A stretch of 47,309 nucleotides of DNA from an uncultured Gammaproteobacteria bacterium (GCA_964448275.1 CAYUWI010000001.1:1-47309); one strand, 5' to 3'. Positions 18,900 to 29,682 are shown, numbered from the stretch's first letter. Numbers and translations: made by a program. The notes: generated from the letters alone by a model not told the origin.

Positions 18900-19022
18900 T
18901 TTTATCCCTCCGAGTGGAGCAGTATCGCCTTGTCCTCCTCTCGCTTAGCGCTCCATCGAGCTCCTAACCTCGAAACTGCAGCGCAGTACTCACTGTCCAG
19001 TCAAACAAGGAAAGAAAGTATA

Positions 19023-19727
19023 TTAGGGGCTCGAAACTGGAAAGTACCGATCGAAGGCGGCCTGAAGCTCCGCGACCGAGAGCTGCCCCGGAGCGGTGGG
19101 GTAATCGATATACCCATAACTTGCCCAACTCCCAAAAGCCCCGTTCATGATGCGGGACAAGGCGCCTGCCGGTCCAAGCGCTAAGGAAATGATCGAGATC
19201 CGGTCGCTCTGCTGCTGTGTCCAACATGCAAGCCTTGCCGCTTCCCTCACCGAGTCGATTTGCACCGCTACCTTGATCCGCTGGACTCCCTTCTGTAAAG
19301 CCTCGTGGATGAGCCTATCTAGCTGTTCATCACACGGGAAGCAGCGAAAATTATGATAGGAAGCTATGATCTCGACATCGGCTGGCCGGTGGCGTAGGGC
19401 CCACTCAACCAGACTCGAGGAGCTAACCAGCTCGATATCCACATATCGTACGCTCTCGAACCCCCAAAGGGAGTTTAACACGGTCTGCCGTTGCTCTACA
19501 CTCCACGACCTTATTCCCCCTTCTGCCTGGCAACGTGGGGTAAGTAACAAAGGCCGCTTCCAGGCAGTGACTGTTCGACAGAGCATCTCGGCCTCTTGGA
19601 TATCCCCAGGAGGCAACGCATCCAGGCGCACCTCAACCAAGTCAGCAGGGACCACACCAAGCGCACCCTGCTCCGGAAGTTCATCATTACCGGAGCAAGC
19701 AATTGAGGCAATGATAGATGGCCTCAT
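19023..19727 (-). CDS. aroD: 3-dehydroquinate dehydratase, type I
   Basis: 234 aa with LVEVRLD, IIASYHNF and a RIKVAV-type Lys region, consistent with type I DHQase rather than AroQ. Confidence 0.8.
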   Translation of the reverse strand: MRPSIIASIACSGNDELPEQGALGVVPADLVEVRLDALPPGDIQEAEMLCRTVTAWKRPLLLTPRCQAEGGIRSWSVEQRQTVLNSLWGFESVRYVDIELVSSSSLVEWALRHRPADVEIIASYHNFRCFPCDEQLDRLIHEALQKGVQRIKVAVQIDSVREAARLACWTQQQSDRISIISLALGPAGALSRIMNGAFGSWASYGYIDYPTAPGQLSVAELQAAFDRYFPVSSP

Positions 19728-19763
19728 TCTGCTCTCTAGCTACAAAGGCTGACCAGAATAATA

Positions 19764-19791
19764 AAGACCGCGCAAGCGCAAGCGCGGTCTT
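19764..19791 (-). terminator. Rho-independent terminator downstream of comEA
   Basis: On the minus strand: AAGACCGCGC-ttgcgctt-GCGCGGTCTT followed by TATTATTCT. It lies 36 nt after the comEA stop. Confidence 0.7.
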
Positions 19792-19826
19792 GGAGATTGT
19801 TACCCCCTACCCCGAGTAACGTCCCC

Positions 19827-20135
19827 TCAGTCTGTGGTTGCGTGCTCTCCCACCACCACCTGTCCGGCAAGGCTCTGTCGAGTATGCTCACCGATCCCCG
19901 TGACCTCCTCAAGCTCAGCCACCGAGCTAAATCCATCATGCTCTTGTCGATACTCAATAATACGCTGAGCAAGCACGTTTCCGATCCCATCTAAGGCGAC
20001 GAGTTGATCTGCAGAGGCCGTATTCAGGTTGACCGGCTTGTCTCCCTTTGCACCCGCACTAGTAGGGACTGCCACTGCAACCAGCAATCCTGCTAAGCCA
20101 ATAGCAATAACACGTTCTCTATTCAAGATAAACAT
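19827..20135 (-). CDS. comEA: ComEA-family helix-hairpin-helix DNA-binding protein with signal peptide
   Basis: MFILNRERVIAIGLAGLLVAVAVPTSAGA is followed by VNLNTASADQLVALDGIGNVLAQRIIEYR. ATG at 20135 has GAGGGGA upstream. Confidence 0.85.
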   Translation of the reverse strand: MFILNRERVIAIGLAGLLVAVAVPTSAGAKGDKPVNLNTASADQLVALDGIGNVLAQRIIEYRQEHDGFSSVAELEEVTGIGEHTRQSLAGQVVVGEHATTD

Positions 20136-20205
20136 TATCTTTCCCCTCAATCGAGAGACATTTTCGAAGTATATTGTCATTGTCCTCAAGACATAGGAGC
20201 TTTGA

Positions 20206-20234
20206 TTTTTACTAAATCCTCAGATGTCTGTCAA
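20206..20234 (-). promoter_or_regulatory. Candidate sigma-70 promoter for comEA
   Basis: Minus strand TTGACA-17 nt-TAAAAA(T), immediately after the acpS stop and about 65 nt upstream of the comEA ATG. Confidence 0.4.
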
Positions 20235-20243
20235 TATTAGGGA

Positions 20244-20645
20244 TCATGCGGGACTTCCTGGAAGGTGACCCTCTAGAACAACCATAGCAATAGTATAGGC
20301 CCTGTCTCTCGAAAGGCTGAGGTGAATGCGTTCCACACCAAGCTGTTCGGCCCGCTGTTGTGCGGCTCCATAAAGAAAGAGGTGGGGGGGATGATCAGCC
20401 TCACGGCGAACCTCCAATTGATGGAGTCCAACCCCATTCCGAAACCCCGTCCCAAGGGCCTTAACGCCCGCCTCTTTGGCAGCGAAACGGGAGGCAAGAT
20501 AGACCGCCTTGTCCGCACTCCGAATCTGAGCCCCGAGCCTCTCAGTGGGAGTTAAGATCCGGACCAGAAGGGGCTCACCAAACCGCTCGAAAGAGCTCTC
20601 CAGTCGCTGAATTGCTACCAAGTCGGTCCCAATCCCAATGATCAC
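20244..20645 (-). CDS. acpS: Holo-[acyl-carrier-protein] synthase
   Basis: MIIGIGTDLVAIQRL .. FAAKEAGVKALG. The GTG start shares one nt with the recO stop. Confidence 0.92.
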   Translation of the reverse strand: MIIGIGTDLVAIQRLESSFERFGEPLLVRILTPTERLGAQIRSADKAVYLASRFAAKEAGVKALGTGFRNGVGLHQLEVRREADHPPHLFLYGAAQQRAEQLGVERIHLSLSRDRAYTIAMVVLEGHLPGSPA

Positions 20646-21481
20646 TATCGATCCTGGCCTTCTCTATCGTCACTATCCTGATCTGCTCCCTCAAGCCAGC
20701 TTCGCCGTTGACTACGCTGGAGCTTGCGCAAGAGTTCCCGACTTTTTAAGGGCCGTCTACCTAGATAAGGGGCCAACGCAGCACGCATTAGGTTCCGGGC
20801 CTGCTTGCGAAGCCCCACTTCCAAGCCCCCCCTGTCCGCATCACTCCCGCCATTACCTAACCTCTCTCGAGTAGTCTCCGACTCTCCTGAGGAGAATTCC
20901 ACTACCACATGCTCCAGAAACTGGATACTGTATCCCGAAAAGGGCCGTGGGAGGTTGGTGCAGTGACCGCATATCAAACCGATCTCCGATTCGAAGCGGT
21001 AGTAGTGTTGCCCCTGCACAGGGGCATCGCAGCGAGCACAGATCCGCCAGTTGGGGGCTAACCCAAGCTCCTGCAGGAGCTGGACTTCGAAGAACCGTAA
21101 CGCGCTGTCGTGTCCTTCTGACCCGAGATAGCCCAATGTCTCCGCATAGGCATGGAACAGACCAGGGCAAGGATCAAAACGCGGACAGAGTCGAATCAAG
21201 AGCTCATTCAGATAGAAACCGAGATAGACGCCCCCCGCGGTGAGCTCGGGAGTACCCCCAAGCGGCTCGATACGGTGTAGGTGCCCCAACTCCCCCTTCC
21301 TCCCCCAGGTTACCCGTGACAGCCGAAATGGCTCCAGGGAATAACCCTGCTTACGGGCGCGTCGGGCCCCTCGTGCCACTACGCCAATCCGGCCCGCTTC
21401 TGCGGTGAGCAATTCCACTAACAAGCTTGTCTCACGATAGGGTCGGCGATGAAGGACATAGGCGTGTTGGGGCGAATCCAT
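20645..21481 (-). CDS. recO: DNA repair protein RecO (with an about 30-aa charged C-terminal extension)
   Basis: AYVLHRRPYRETSLLVELLT at the N-terminus. Zn-finger-like C..C ... CGHC. Position is after era. Confidence 0.9.
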   Translation of the reverse strand: MDSPQHAYVLHRRPYRETSLLVELLTAEAGRIGVVARGARRARKQGYSLEPFRLSRVTWGRKGELGHLHRIEPLGGTPELTAGGVYLGFYLNELLIRLCPRFDPCPGLFHAYAETLGYLGSEGHDSALRFFEVQLLQELGLAPNWRICARCDAPVQGQHYYRFESEIGLICGHCTNLPRPFSGYSIQFLEHVVVEFSSGESETTRERLGNGGSDADRGGLEVGLRKQARNLMRAALAPYLGRRPLKSRELLRKLQRSQRRSWLEGADQDSDDREGQDR

Positions 21482-21541
21482 TGGCCTGACCGAAGTGACC
21501 TCCGTTCTACCGCAGCTCGAGCTCGGACACGCAAGGACTAC

Positions 21542-22471
21542 TCAGAAGTCCACCCCGTAGCCAAGCTTTCGGACGGTTCGTTCATCCGAAGTCCACTCTT
21601 TGTGCACGCGCACGAAGAGTTCAAGATAGACATGGCCTTCCAAAAACGCCTCTAAATCCCTTCGAGCCCGGCTCCCAAGCTGTTTAATTCGCCGCCCACC
21701 ACGCCCCAGGAAGATGGCCTTTTGACTCTCTTGTTCGACCAAGATTGTGGCGTGGATCCGAATCAGCTCGCTCGTTTCCTCAAAACGCTCAATCTGGACA
21801 TCAGCAGAATAGGGAAGCTCCTGACCGAGTTGGTGGAACACCTGTTCGCGGATCCTCTCCCCACATAAGAATCGGAGGCTCCGATCGGTCACCTGATCAC
21901 CCGGGAAGTAGGCTGGACCGGGAGGCAGGTAAGCCTGCAGTTCGGTCTCCAAGGTAGCTAAGTTGGTCCCACGGTAGGCGGCAATGGGTACTTGAGCAGC
22001 AAAATCGAAACGCTGTTCCATTTCCTTGAGGAAGGGCAACAACTTCTCCTTGGGGCAGACCCGATCAACCTTATTGACAGCCAAGACTACGGGGATATTA
22101 CACCTTTGAAGCCGGTCCAAGATTGCCTGATCCTCCTGCCGCCAACGAAGCGCCTCAACCAAGAAGAGGATGACATCCACCCCTTCAAAGGAAGAAACGG
22201 CAACATTTACCATGGCCCGATCGATCGCTCGACGCGGCTCATGAATACCAGGTGCATCAACGAATACCATCTGGTACTCTTCACGGGTCTGGATAGCCCG
22301 GATACGGTAGCGGGTGGTCTGAGGACGACGAGAAACGATGGAGACCTTTTCACCCACAATCTGGTTGACCAAGGTCGATTTACCCACATTCGGGCGTCCC
22401 GCCAAGGCGATCATGCCACTCCGGTAGGCTTGTACCCTTTCTCCGCTCTCGCGAGCAGCAATCCAGTTCAT
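21542..22471 (-). CDS. era: GTPase Era
   Basis: G1 motif GRPNVGKSTL, DAPGIH and NKVD, plus a KH C-terminal domain. ATGA overlap with rnc. Confidence 0.95.
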   Translation of the reverse strand: MNWIAARESGERVQAYRSGMIALAGRPNVGKSTLVNQIVGEKVSIVSRRPQTTRYRIRAIQTREEYQMVFVDAPGIHEPRRAIDRAMVNVAVSSFEGVDVILFLVEALRWRQEDQAILDRLQRCNIPVVLAVNKVDRVCPKEKLLPFLKEMEQRFDFAAQVPIAAYRGTNLATLETELQAYLPPGPAYFPGDQVTDRSLRFLCGERIREQVFHQLGQELPYSADVQIERFEETSELIRIHATILVEQESQKAIFLGRGGRRIKQLGSRARRDLEAFLEGHVYLELFVRVHKEWTSDERTVRKLGYGVDF

Positions 22472-23211
22472 GGTACTCGATCAGCCGATGCTGCCTCTGT
22501 GCGCAGCTGCTCAAGCATCCGCTGGGCTGCCTCCTGTTCTGCCCGACGCTTACTACTCCCCTCCCCGAGGGAGATTTTACCCCCTGCAACCACGCAACGG
22601 ATATAAAAGCGTTGATTGTGGTCAGCTCCCGCCGTCTCGATCAATTCATAGGCAGGAAGGGATTGTCCTTGACCCTGGAGGAACTCTTGTAACCGGGTTT
22701 TAGGGTCCTTATATACTGAATATGGATCCAACCGCTCGATCCGAGGGGTCCATAACCATCGTACAAAGGCCTCCATCTCTTCGACCCCCCCATCAAGCAA
22801 GATCGCCCCCACCAAGGCCTCCATTGTATCGGCCAGGATCGACTCGCGCTGATGCCCACCGGCCTTCCGCTCGCCGAGCCCGAGATAGATCAGCTGGTCT
22901 AATTCGAGTTCCGTTGCGAGGGCCGCCAGGGTCTCAGTACAGACTAGATGGGCCCGTAGGCGACTGAGTACCCCCTCTTGCTCGCGGGGGAATTGCTGAA
23001 ATAGCCAACGCGCGATAATAAAGTTGAGGGCACTATCACCGAGGAATTCCAGGCGTTCGTTGTTATCTGCCCCCGCAGACCGATGGGTTAAAGCCCGTTT
23101 GAGTCGGGCGGGCTGACGAAATGAATACCCCATCCGCTGCTGCAATGTTGCCACATCCACCGCCGGATACCTCTGGTGTAGGCTCTCAAGGTAGGTATCA
23201 ACTCGCCCCAT
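22468..23211 (-). CDS. rnc: Ribonuclease III
   Basis: Signature NERLEFLGDSAL, plus a dsRBD at the C-terminus. Confidence 0.95.
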   Translation of the reverse strand: MGRVDTYLESLHQRYPAVDVATLQQRMGYSFRQPARLKRALTHRSAGADNNERLEFLGDSALNFIIARWLFQQFPREQEGVLSRLRAHLVCTETLAALATELELDQLIYLGLGERKAGGHQRESILADTMEALVGAILLDGGVEEMEAFVRWLWTPRIERLDPYSVYKDPKTRLQEFLQGQGQSLPAYELIETAGADHNQRFYIRCVVAGGKISLGEGSSKRRAEQEAAQRMLEQLRTEAASADRVP

Positions 23212-23217
23212 CGGCTA

Positions 23218-23988
23218 CTATTGGATCAGGGTGCCAAGGCGTTGCCACCGTGGGGCATTCTCCCACCCATCCCAGGACCACCATACGAGAAACGCCTCTC
23301 CGAGGATGTTCTCCTCTGGAACCGTTCCCCAATAGCGACTGTCATTACTGTTATCCCGATTGTCTCCCATGACGAAGTACTCTTCAGACGGGATCTCGAT
23401 GGCGTTAGGGATATGCCGACCGGATTGATGTGGGGTGTAGATTACCCGGTACGAACGACTATCCGCATGCTCCAAGAAGAGCTTAGCCTGTTGAGCCGAG
23501 CCATGGGAATTACGATAGCTGAACCAGTCGACAAATTTATTGGGAACGACCTGCTTGTTCACCACTAGATTGTTCCCGCGAAATGCCAAGGTGTCTTGAG
23601 GCGTCGCAACGACACGCTTGATATAATCCACGCTAGGGTTAGGCGGATATTGGAAGACTACAATATCTCCCCTTTGGGGGGATTTACCCTCCGTTAGCTC
23701 CCAACCCAGTAAAGGAATCCGTAGACCGTAGGCAAACTTATTGACCAAGATAAAGTCCCCAACCCTTAAGGTTGGCAACATCGAACCTGATGGGATCTTG
23801 AAAGGTTCTACTACAAAGGAGCGAATCAGAAAGACCAGTAAGATGACTGGGAAGAAGGAGCGAGCATAGTCCACTATACGTGGAGGAGGAACGACATTTA
23901 CCCGATGTACACGGCAGTAGATCCAGTACCCAAGCCAAATACCTCCACTGACGACCAACAGAACAACCAGGAGAAGGGTAAAGCTCAT
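23218..23988 (-). CDS. lepB: Signal peptidase I
   Basis: [10 protein letters not shown] (catalytic Ser), YIKRV and [14 protein letters not shown] boxes. ATGA overlap with lepA. Confidence 0.95.
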   Translation of the reverse strand: MSFTLLLVVLLVVSGGIWLGYWIYCRVHRVNVVPPPRIVDYARSFFPVILLVFLIRSFVVEPFKIPSGSMLPTLRVGDFILVNKFAYGLRIPLLGWELTEGKSPQRGDIVVFQYPPNPSVDYIKRVVATPQDTLAFRGNNLVVNKQVVPNKFVDWFSYRNSHGSAQQAKLFLEHADSRSYRVIYTPHQSGRHIPNAIEIPSEEYFVMGDNRDNSNDSRYWGTVPEENILGEAFLVWWSWDGWENAPRWQRLGTLIQ

Positions 23989-25787
23989 TCTTCATCTACC
24001 GAGAGCACTGTTAAGAACGCCTCTTGTGGAAGATCCACCGAGCCTACTTGCTTCATACGCCTCTTTCCCTCCTTCTGCTTTTCCAGCAACTTACGCTTGC
24101 GAGTCACATCACCACCGTAGCACTTGGCAGTGACATTCTTACGCATCGCTTTAACCGTTTCCCGAGCCACTACACGCGAACCAATGGCTGCCTGCAAGGG
24201 GACATCAAACATCTGCCGTGGGATCACCTCCTTGAGTCGTTTTATAACCTCTCGCCCTCGGGAGTAAGCGTGGTCCCGATGGACGATTAAGGAGAGGGCA
24301 TCTACGCGGTTGCCATTGATCAAGATGTCCAAACGGACGAGGTCAGAAGGCCGATAGCCTTCGGCCTCGTAATCGATGGAGGCGTAGCCAGAGGTCATCG
24401 ACTTGAGCCGCTCAAAGAAGTCGGTCACCACTTCATTCATGGGTAGCTCATAGGTCACCATGACCTGTCCAGCACTGGTATAGTGGATATTCTTCTGACG
24501 TCCTCGCTTCTCCTCGGCCAAGCGGATCACCTCCCCAACATAGGCCTGGGGCACTAGAATATTGGCAAGCATAAAAGGTTCATGGATCGCCTCGATCTCC
24601 CCAAGCTCAGGGAGATCGGCTGGATTTTCCACCCTTCGAAGAGCCCTGTCTTTGGTGAAGACATGGTAGACGACCGTTGGGGCGGTTGAGATCAGGTCTA
24701 ACCCATGCTCCCGCTCCAATCGCTGTTGCACGATCTCCATGTGCAACTTGCCAAGGAAACCACACCGGAACCCGAACCCTAATGCATTGGAAGTTTCCGG
24801 TTCGTACTGGATGGCACTATCATTCAAACGGAGCTTGGCGAGCGCATCCCGTAGCTCTTCATACTGATCGGAAGTAATGGGATAGAGACCGGCAAAAACC
24901 TGCGGTTTGACCTCCTGAAAGCCAGGTAACGGTTCACTTGTCGGGCAATCTGCATCAGTGATCGTATCACCGACCTTGGCGCTGTCGATCTCCTTAATCC
25001 CGGCAATCAAAAACCCCACCCCACCGGCACTAAGCCTCTCCACTTCCAGGGGATTAGGGGTTAATACTCCCACCCTCGATACCTGGAAGACCCTCTCAGC
25101 AGCCATCATTTGGATACGCTGCCCTTTGAAGAGGGACCCATCGACCACACGGATCAACGCGATAACACCTTGGTATTGATCAAACCAGCTATCAACTACC
25201 AAGGCCTTAAGTGGCCTCTCCAGTCTCCCTTGAGGAGGAGGGATCTCATGCACGAGCCGTTCAAGGATCTCTTGGATCCCTATCCCCTTCTTAGCGCTCG
25301 CCGCCACAGCGTTTTGCGCATCCAGTCCAATGATCTCCTCGATCTCCCCCTTGACACGATCGACGTCTGCACTTGGCAGATCGACCTTGTTGAGAACCGG
25401 GATGACTTCCAGGCCACGTTCTACCGCATGGTAGGCATTGGCCACACTCTGCGCCTCTACCCCTTGGGAGGCGTCCACCACGAGGAGTGCACCTTCACAT
25501 GCTGCTAAGGAGCGCGAGACCTCATAGGAGAAATCCACATGCCCTGGCGTATCCACGAGATTCAGTGTGTACTCTTTACCATCGGCTGCTGTATAGACCA
25601 GACGTGCACTTTGGGCCTTGATCGTAATCCCGCGCTCCCGCTCGAGATCCATGACATCCAGGACCTGTTGGGCCATCTCCCGCTCGGTCAAGCCACCACA
25701 GATCTCAATAAGCCGATCAGCAAGAGTAGACTTGCCGTGATCAATGTGGGCAATGATGGAAAAGTTTCGAATCCGATCGAGTGGCAA
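23985..25787 (-). CDS. lepA: Translation elongation factor 4 (LepA)
   Basis: 600 aa with [29 protein letters not shown] and the LepA C-terminal domain. Confidence 0.97.
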   Translation of the reverse strand: MPLDRIRNFSIIAHIDHGKSTLADRLIEICGGLTEREMAQQVLDVMDLERERGITIKAQSARLVYTAADGKEYTLNLVDTPGHVDFSYEVSRSLAACEGALLVVDASQGVEAQSVANAYHAVERGLEVIPVLNKVDLPSADVDRVKGEIEEIIGLDAQNAVAASAKKGIGIQEILERLVHEIPPPQGRLERPLKALVVDSWFDQYQGVIALIRVVDGSLFKGQRIQMMAAERVFQVSRVGVLTPNPLEVERLSAGGVGFLIAGIKEIDSAKVGDTITDADCPTSEPLPGFQEVKPQVFAGLYPITSDQYEELRDALAKLRLNDSAIQYEPETSNALGFGFRCGFLGKLHMEIVQQRLEREHGLDLISTAPTVVYHVFTKDRALRRVENPADLPELGEIEAIHEPFMLANILVPQAYVGEVIRLAEEKRGRQKNIHYTSAGQVMVTYELPMNEVVTDFFERLKSMTSGYASIDYEAEGYRPSDLVRLDILINGNRVDALSLIVHRDHAYSRGREVIKRLKEVIPRQMFDVPLQAAIGSRVVARETVKAMRKNVTAKCYGGDVTRKRKLLEKQKEGKRRMKQVGSVDLPQEAFLTVLSVDEE

Positions 25788-25805
25788 GGCTCCCCCGTTT
25801 ACCCT

Positions 25806-27206
25806 TTACGGAATCTCAATCGGTAAGAACAAGGCCCCTTTGCCACGGCGGACTAGCAGCGGCACAACACGCCCTGAAGGCAACTCCTCGACGAGCTCTA
25901 CTAGGGAGTTTGGACCAGTAACCGCATGCTGTCCTACCTTGAGGATGATATCCCCTTCACGTATCCCAGCATCGCTTGCGGGGCCACTTGTGACCTTGAC
26001 CACCAGCACTCCCTGATTAGAAGATAGATTGAGCTGCTCACGCATCTCGGCCGGTACTGCTCGAAGGCGCATTCCCAACACTTCAGGCTTCTTCTGAGCT
26101 GCGTGAGCCGTCTTGAGGGAGCCAAGGGTGACCGGCAGCTGCCTTTTATCCCCCTCCCGAATCACCACTAGCTCCACCTCAGTACCCGGTTTCAACCGTC
26201 CGATCTTAGGTGGAAGATCAGAAGAGTTTCGGATCCGTTCTCCATTGACCGCCACTACCAAGTCGCCTGCCTGGAGCCCCGCTTTTTCGGCAGGACTTCC
26301 ACTGACCACGCGGGTCACTAATGCACCATACGGTCTATCCATACCGAATGATTCGGCCAACTCCGGAGTGACATCCTGAATATAGACCCCTAGCCAACCC
26401 CGGTGAACAGTACCTTCCTCCTTGATCTGTTTGACCGACCGCATGGCGATATCGATCGGGATGGCAAAAGAAAGCCCCATGAAACCGCCAGAACGCGTAT
26501 AGATTTGGGCATTAATCCCGACAACTTCACCATCGAGATTGAACAAAGGCCCGCCAGAATTGCCTGGATTGATAGCGACATCGGTCTGGATAAAAGGTAC
26601 ATAGTTGCCCGATGGGAGACTTCGCCCTTTCGCGCTTACAATCCCAGCAGTCACACTATTCTCGAAACCAAAGGGAGAGCCGATAGCAACTACCCATTCA
26701 CCAACCTCCAATTCCTTCGGGTTCCCAACTTGAATAGTCGGAAGATCGTTAGCCTCGACCTTCAATAGGGCAACGTCAATGGCAGGATCCTGGCCCACCA
26801 CCTGGGCTTGCAACTGTCGACGGTCAGTCAGTTGCACGACGATCTCAGAGGCATCTTCAATCACATGACCATTGGTGACAATATAGCCGTCTTTAGAGAG
26901 GATCAATCCAGAGCCCAAGGAGTGGGTCTCGAACTCCCGGGAAGGTCCTTGCTCACCAAAGAAACGGCGAAAGAATTCACCAAATGGAGAATCTTCCAGC
27001 TTGGGAGGAAGTCGCGGCCACAGGCTTTTACCCTCAACCTTCTGAGTCGTGCTGATATTGACCACAGCAGAGCCATTCTCTTTCACTAGCCCACTGATAT
27101 CGGGGAAACCTTTATGGGCCACAACGGGAGGTGCAACTGCCAACATCATCAGTAGTAGCAGCAAACACCCCCATACCTGTAGGTCACGCACAACACCCGT
27201 TCGCAT
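25806..27206 (-). CDS. degP: Periplasmic serine endoprotease, DegP/DegQ/MucD family (two PDZ domains)
   Basis: Signal peptide. Catalytic triad regions TNGHVI, DVALLKV and GNSGGPL. Two PDZ-like segments. GAGGGAGA RBS. Confidence 0.93.
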   Translation of the reverse strand: MRTGVVRDLQVWGCLLLLLMMLAVAPPVVAHKGFPDISGLVKENGSAVVNISTTQKVEGKSLWPRLPPKLEDSPFGEFFRRFFGEQGPSREFETHSLGSGLILSKDGYIVTNGHVIEDASEIVVQLTDRRQLQAQVVGQDPAIDVALLKVEANDLPTIQVGNPKELEVGEWVVAIGSPFGFENSVTAGIVSAKGRSLPSGNYVPFIQTDVAINPGNSGGPLFNLDGEVVGINAQIYTRSGGFMGLSFAIPIDIAMRSVKQIKEEGTVHRGWLGVYIQDVTPELAESFGMDRPYGALVTRVVSGSPAEKAGLQAGDLVVAVNGERIRNSSDLPPKIGRLKPGTEVELVVIREGDKRQLPVTLGSLKTAHAAQKKPEVLGMRLRAVPAEMREQLNLSSNQGVLVVKVTSGPASDAGIREGDIILKVGQHAVTGPNSLVELVEELPSGRVVPLLVRRGKGALFLPIEIP

Positions 27207-27418
27207 ACTACCGCATCTCCCTCATTTAAGGGTTTAACCTGCGTCGAACCAGGAAAGGGGATCATTCAGGCTAGGAAAGGTATTAACGGCACTCGGCCGA
27301 GGCCATTAGATCGCACCTCCAGAATCCTTGGCCGCCAACAAGCATGCAAGGATACGCTTGCAGTGTACCTCCGCTCCCGAATGAGGTGCGAATCAGAAGT
27401 TGGACGCTCGAATCAGTG

Positions 27419-28426
27419 CTACATATCGGCTGCCTGGGAAGCAAGCAAGCTCGTGGCAATCTCACGTATCGAGCCCGCTGGAAGTTCACCCAAGATCGTA
27501 ATCTTGTAGCCGTTCTGATACAAGGTACTCACATGCACAGCCCCACGCCTGAAGATCTTCACCTCGACCTTCCCACTCTGCCCTGTTCGAGGCGCCTCCG
27601 CTGCATCCTTTGGTTGCCAAAATATCGACAGCCTCGCCAAGCCATCGGTATATAAGGCGTGCTTCTCCTCTCCACCTCCAGGACCCTCGAGGTAATTCGC
27701 AAGATAAAAGCCTGGGGGGAGCTCCAGGCCCTCCAATAGCCCTAATCCGCCCCTCTTGCCATTCAAGAAGCTGTGTCGCTGAATCCAGCGCGCATCCTTT
27801 GGGGCACTCAGTTCCAATTCGGCATTGGTTAGCACACAGTCAAGGTCGATTGTGGCAAAGAGTAGGTTCTCAACCACTCGCCCCTGAGGACTGAGCACCT
27901 CCATTTGGAGTGGTAGAGCGGTCTCCTGATCACGCCATATTCGATAGCTAAATCGATCATCTCTGATCGCCCGAAGCTCGACAGCCTTCACCGAACGGCC
28001 GGCAACTCGCCCGGAGGGTCCATAAGCCAAGCGATAATAATGCCCAACGGCCTTCAAATGACCCTCACCCAACTTCAAGAGCCCGCTGCCTCCAAGATGG
28101 GGGCTCTGAATGACCTTCTTGGAATCGGGGTGGTACCTCCAAACCTGCCCGCTCTTCCGGACGAGTTCTCGAGCAGGTCCGGTGAGCATTACGACACGCT
28201 CCCGATACCCCCCATCTGTCCCCCCCTGGTGGTAAAGCTTCATCGCTGCGATATCAAGTGGCATTGCATGAACCAGGATCCCCTGGTAGTGGAGCTCCCT
28301 TGTAGCCTGAACCATCTGCCTTACCTCGAGCTCAAGCGAGCCTGCCTTGGTCCCGCTCAATCCCACCAAGACCGCGGCGATACAGACGACAAAAATCAAG
28401 GGACGATGCTGATAAGGGGCTCTCAT
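27419..28426 (-). CDS. rseB: Sigma-E regulatory protein RseB/MucB
   Basis: 335 aa secreted protein with the MucB_RseB N and C pattern. ATGA overlap with the upstream anti-sigma gene. Confidence 0.85.
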   Translation of the reverse strand: MRAPYQHRPLIFVVCIAAVLVGLSGTKAGSLELEVRQMVQATRELHYQGILVHAMPLDIAAMKLYHQGGTDGGYRERVVMLTGPARELVRKSGQVWRYHPDSKKVIQSPHLGGSGLLKLGEGHLKAVGHYYRLAYGPSGRVAGRSVKAVELRAIRDDRFSYRIWRDQETALPLQMEVLSPQGRVVENLLFATIDLDCVLTNAELELSAPKDARWIQRHSFLNGKRGGLGLLEGLELPPGFYLANYLEGPGGGEEKHALYTDGLARLSIFWQPKDAAEAPRTGQSGKVEVKIFRRGAVHVSTLYQNGYKITILGELPAGSIREIATSLLASQAADM

Positions 28427-29004
28427 TTGGCGCTTGTCACCTTGCCCACTTCGAATGAAGTACGCTGGAATCGAGCCCCGGGACCGCTTGGTATGAGATA
28501 GGCATGCTCTTGGAGATAGCTCTGAAGCGTGGCCACGTCAGCTTGGGTAATTCGTGTGGGGGTAACCGGTGGCCTAGCTTGTCGGACTAAGGGGGAAGGA
28601 TTAGAGCTGCTGGGAGAGGAATGGGGGGATAATGGGGAAGTATTCGGCCAGTGGGTAACCCCTATAACTGTGACTGCGATCACCCCAACTACTCCAATAC
28701 TGGCCCAATACCATCGAGGTCTCAATTTCGTCAAGTTACGGGAGTCCAACCTCTCAAAATAGCTCTTCGACCCTCTGCTCGGGATGGGTTCACTTGCTAT
28801 TGCCTCGGCTACCTGGTCTGCAAGGCCCTTCGGGACGGATGGCTCCACCTCTCCACGTAGCAAGCTCCCCACAAGACAGAAATGTTCATATACCTGACGG
28901 CTGTCCTTGCTGCTGCTAATACGGCGCATCACCTCCTTACATTCCTTCTCAGGGAGCTCACCATCGATAAACGCAGAAATGGCCTCATGCTCGCAAGACG
29001 CCAT
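28423..29004 (-). CDS. rseA: Anti-sigma-E factor RseA/MucA
   Basis: N-terminus EAISAFIDGELPEKE..VYEHFCLVGSLLRGE (RseA_N-like), a central TM (WYWASIGVVGVIAVTVIGV) and a periplasmic tail. Position is after rpoE. Confidence 0.85.
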   Translation of the reverse strand: MASCEHEAISAFIDGELPEKECKEVMRRISSSKDSRQVYEHFCLVGSLLRGEVEPSVPKGLADQVAEAIASEPIPSRGSKSYFERLDSRNLTKLRPRWYWASIGVVGVIAVTVIGVTHWPNTSPLSPHSSPSSSNPSPLVRQARPPVTPTRITQADVATLQSYLQEHAYLIPSGPGARFQRTSFEVGKVTSAK

Positions 29005-29028
29005 CAGTATTGCCCCTCCTTACCTTGC

Positions 29029-29610
29029 TTACCTTTCATTAGCCAAGGCCTTCAATGCGTCGTTAACAGCTTCTCGGGCCCGGAATATGCGTGAACGTAC
29101 CGTCCCAATCGGACAATCCATTACTTGGGCGATCTCCTCATAAGTCAATCCGTCGATCTCCCGCAGAATCAACGCAGTGCGTAAGTCAGGCGGGAGATTT
29201 TCGATGACCTCAAGGACCTTTTGGGTTACCTCTGTAGACAGTATAACCTCCTCGGGCGTACCGAACTCCTGTAAGGCCTCAGATCCGCTCATCTGTTCCG
29301 CTTCCTCGGCATCGATATCCGCATCCGGAGGTCGCCGTCCTCGGGAAACCACATAATTTTTGGCTGTATTGACAGCAATCCGGTAGAGCCATGTATAAAA
29401 GGCACTATCTCCCCGAAAGCGATCCAAGGATCGGTAGGCCTTGATAAAGCTCTCCTGGACAATGTCTTCGGCTGCACTCGGATCGGAAACAAAGCGACTG
29501 ACCAACCCATATATTTTATGCTGGTACTTGCGCACCAACAGATCAAATGCCTCAGGATAGCCGTTCTTGACCTGTTCAACCAATCGCTGATCGGTTTGGC
29601 GCTCTCCCAT
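29029..29610 (-). CDS. rpoE: ECF RNA polymerase sigma factor RpoE/AlgU
   Basis: MGERQTDQRLVEQVKNGYPEAFDLLVRKYQHKIYGLV.. with region 2 and region 4 (ILREIDGLTYEEIAQVMDCPIGTVRSRIFRAREA). ATG at 29610 is preferred over the upstream TTG at 29664. Confidence 0.93.
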   Translation of the reverse strand: MGERQTDQRLVEQVKNGYPEAFDLLVRKYQHKIYGLVSRFVSDPSAAEDIVQESFIKAYRSLDRFRGDSAFYTWLYRIAVNTAKNYVVSRGRRPPDADIDAEEAEQMSGSEALQEFGTPEEVILSTEVTQKVLEVIENLPPDLRTALILREIDGLTYEEIAQVMDCPIGTVRSRIFRAREAVNDALKALANER

Positions 29611-29654
29611 ATCTACCGCGCCCACGGGCTGTAGACGGGCGGGCTGTTTAAAAA

Positions 29655-29682
29655 TGTGACACAATACCCGTCGTGGAGTTTC
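29655..29682 (-). promoter_or_regulatory. Candidate sigma-E-type autoregulatory promoter upstream of rpoE
   Basis: Minus strand GAAACT-17 nt-TCACA resembles the GGAACTT-N16-TCNAA consensus. It lies about 45 nt upstream of the rpoE ATG. Confidence 0.3.

Noticed and set aside
20645-20647. Absence of pdxJ between recO and acpS, considered as a sign of deletion or rearrangement.
   Set aside because: The recO stop and acpS GTG share a nucleotide, giving a clean coupled junction with no scar sequence. This is most likely just lineage-specific gene order.
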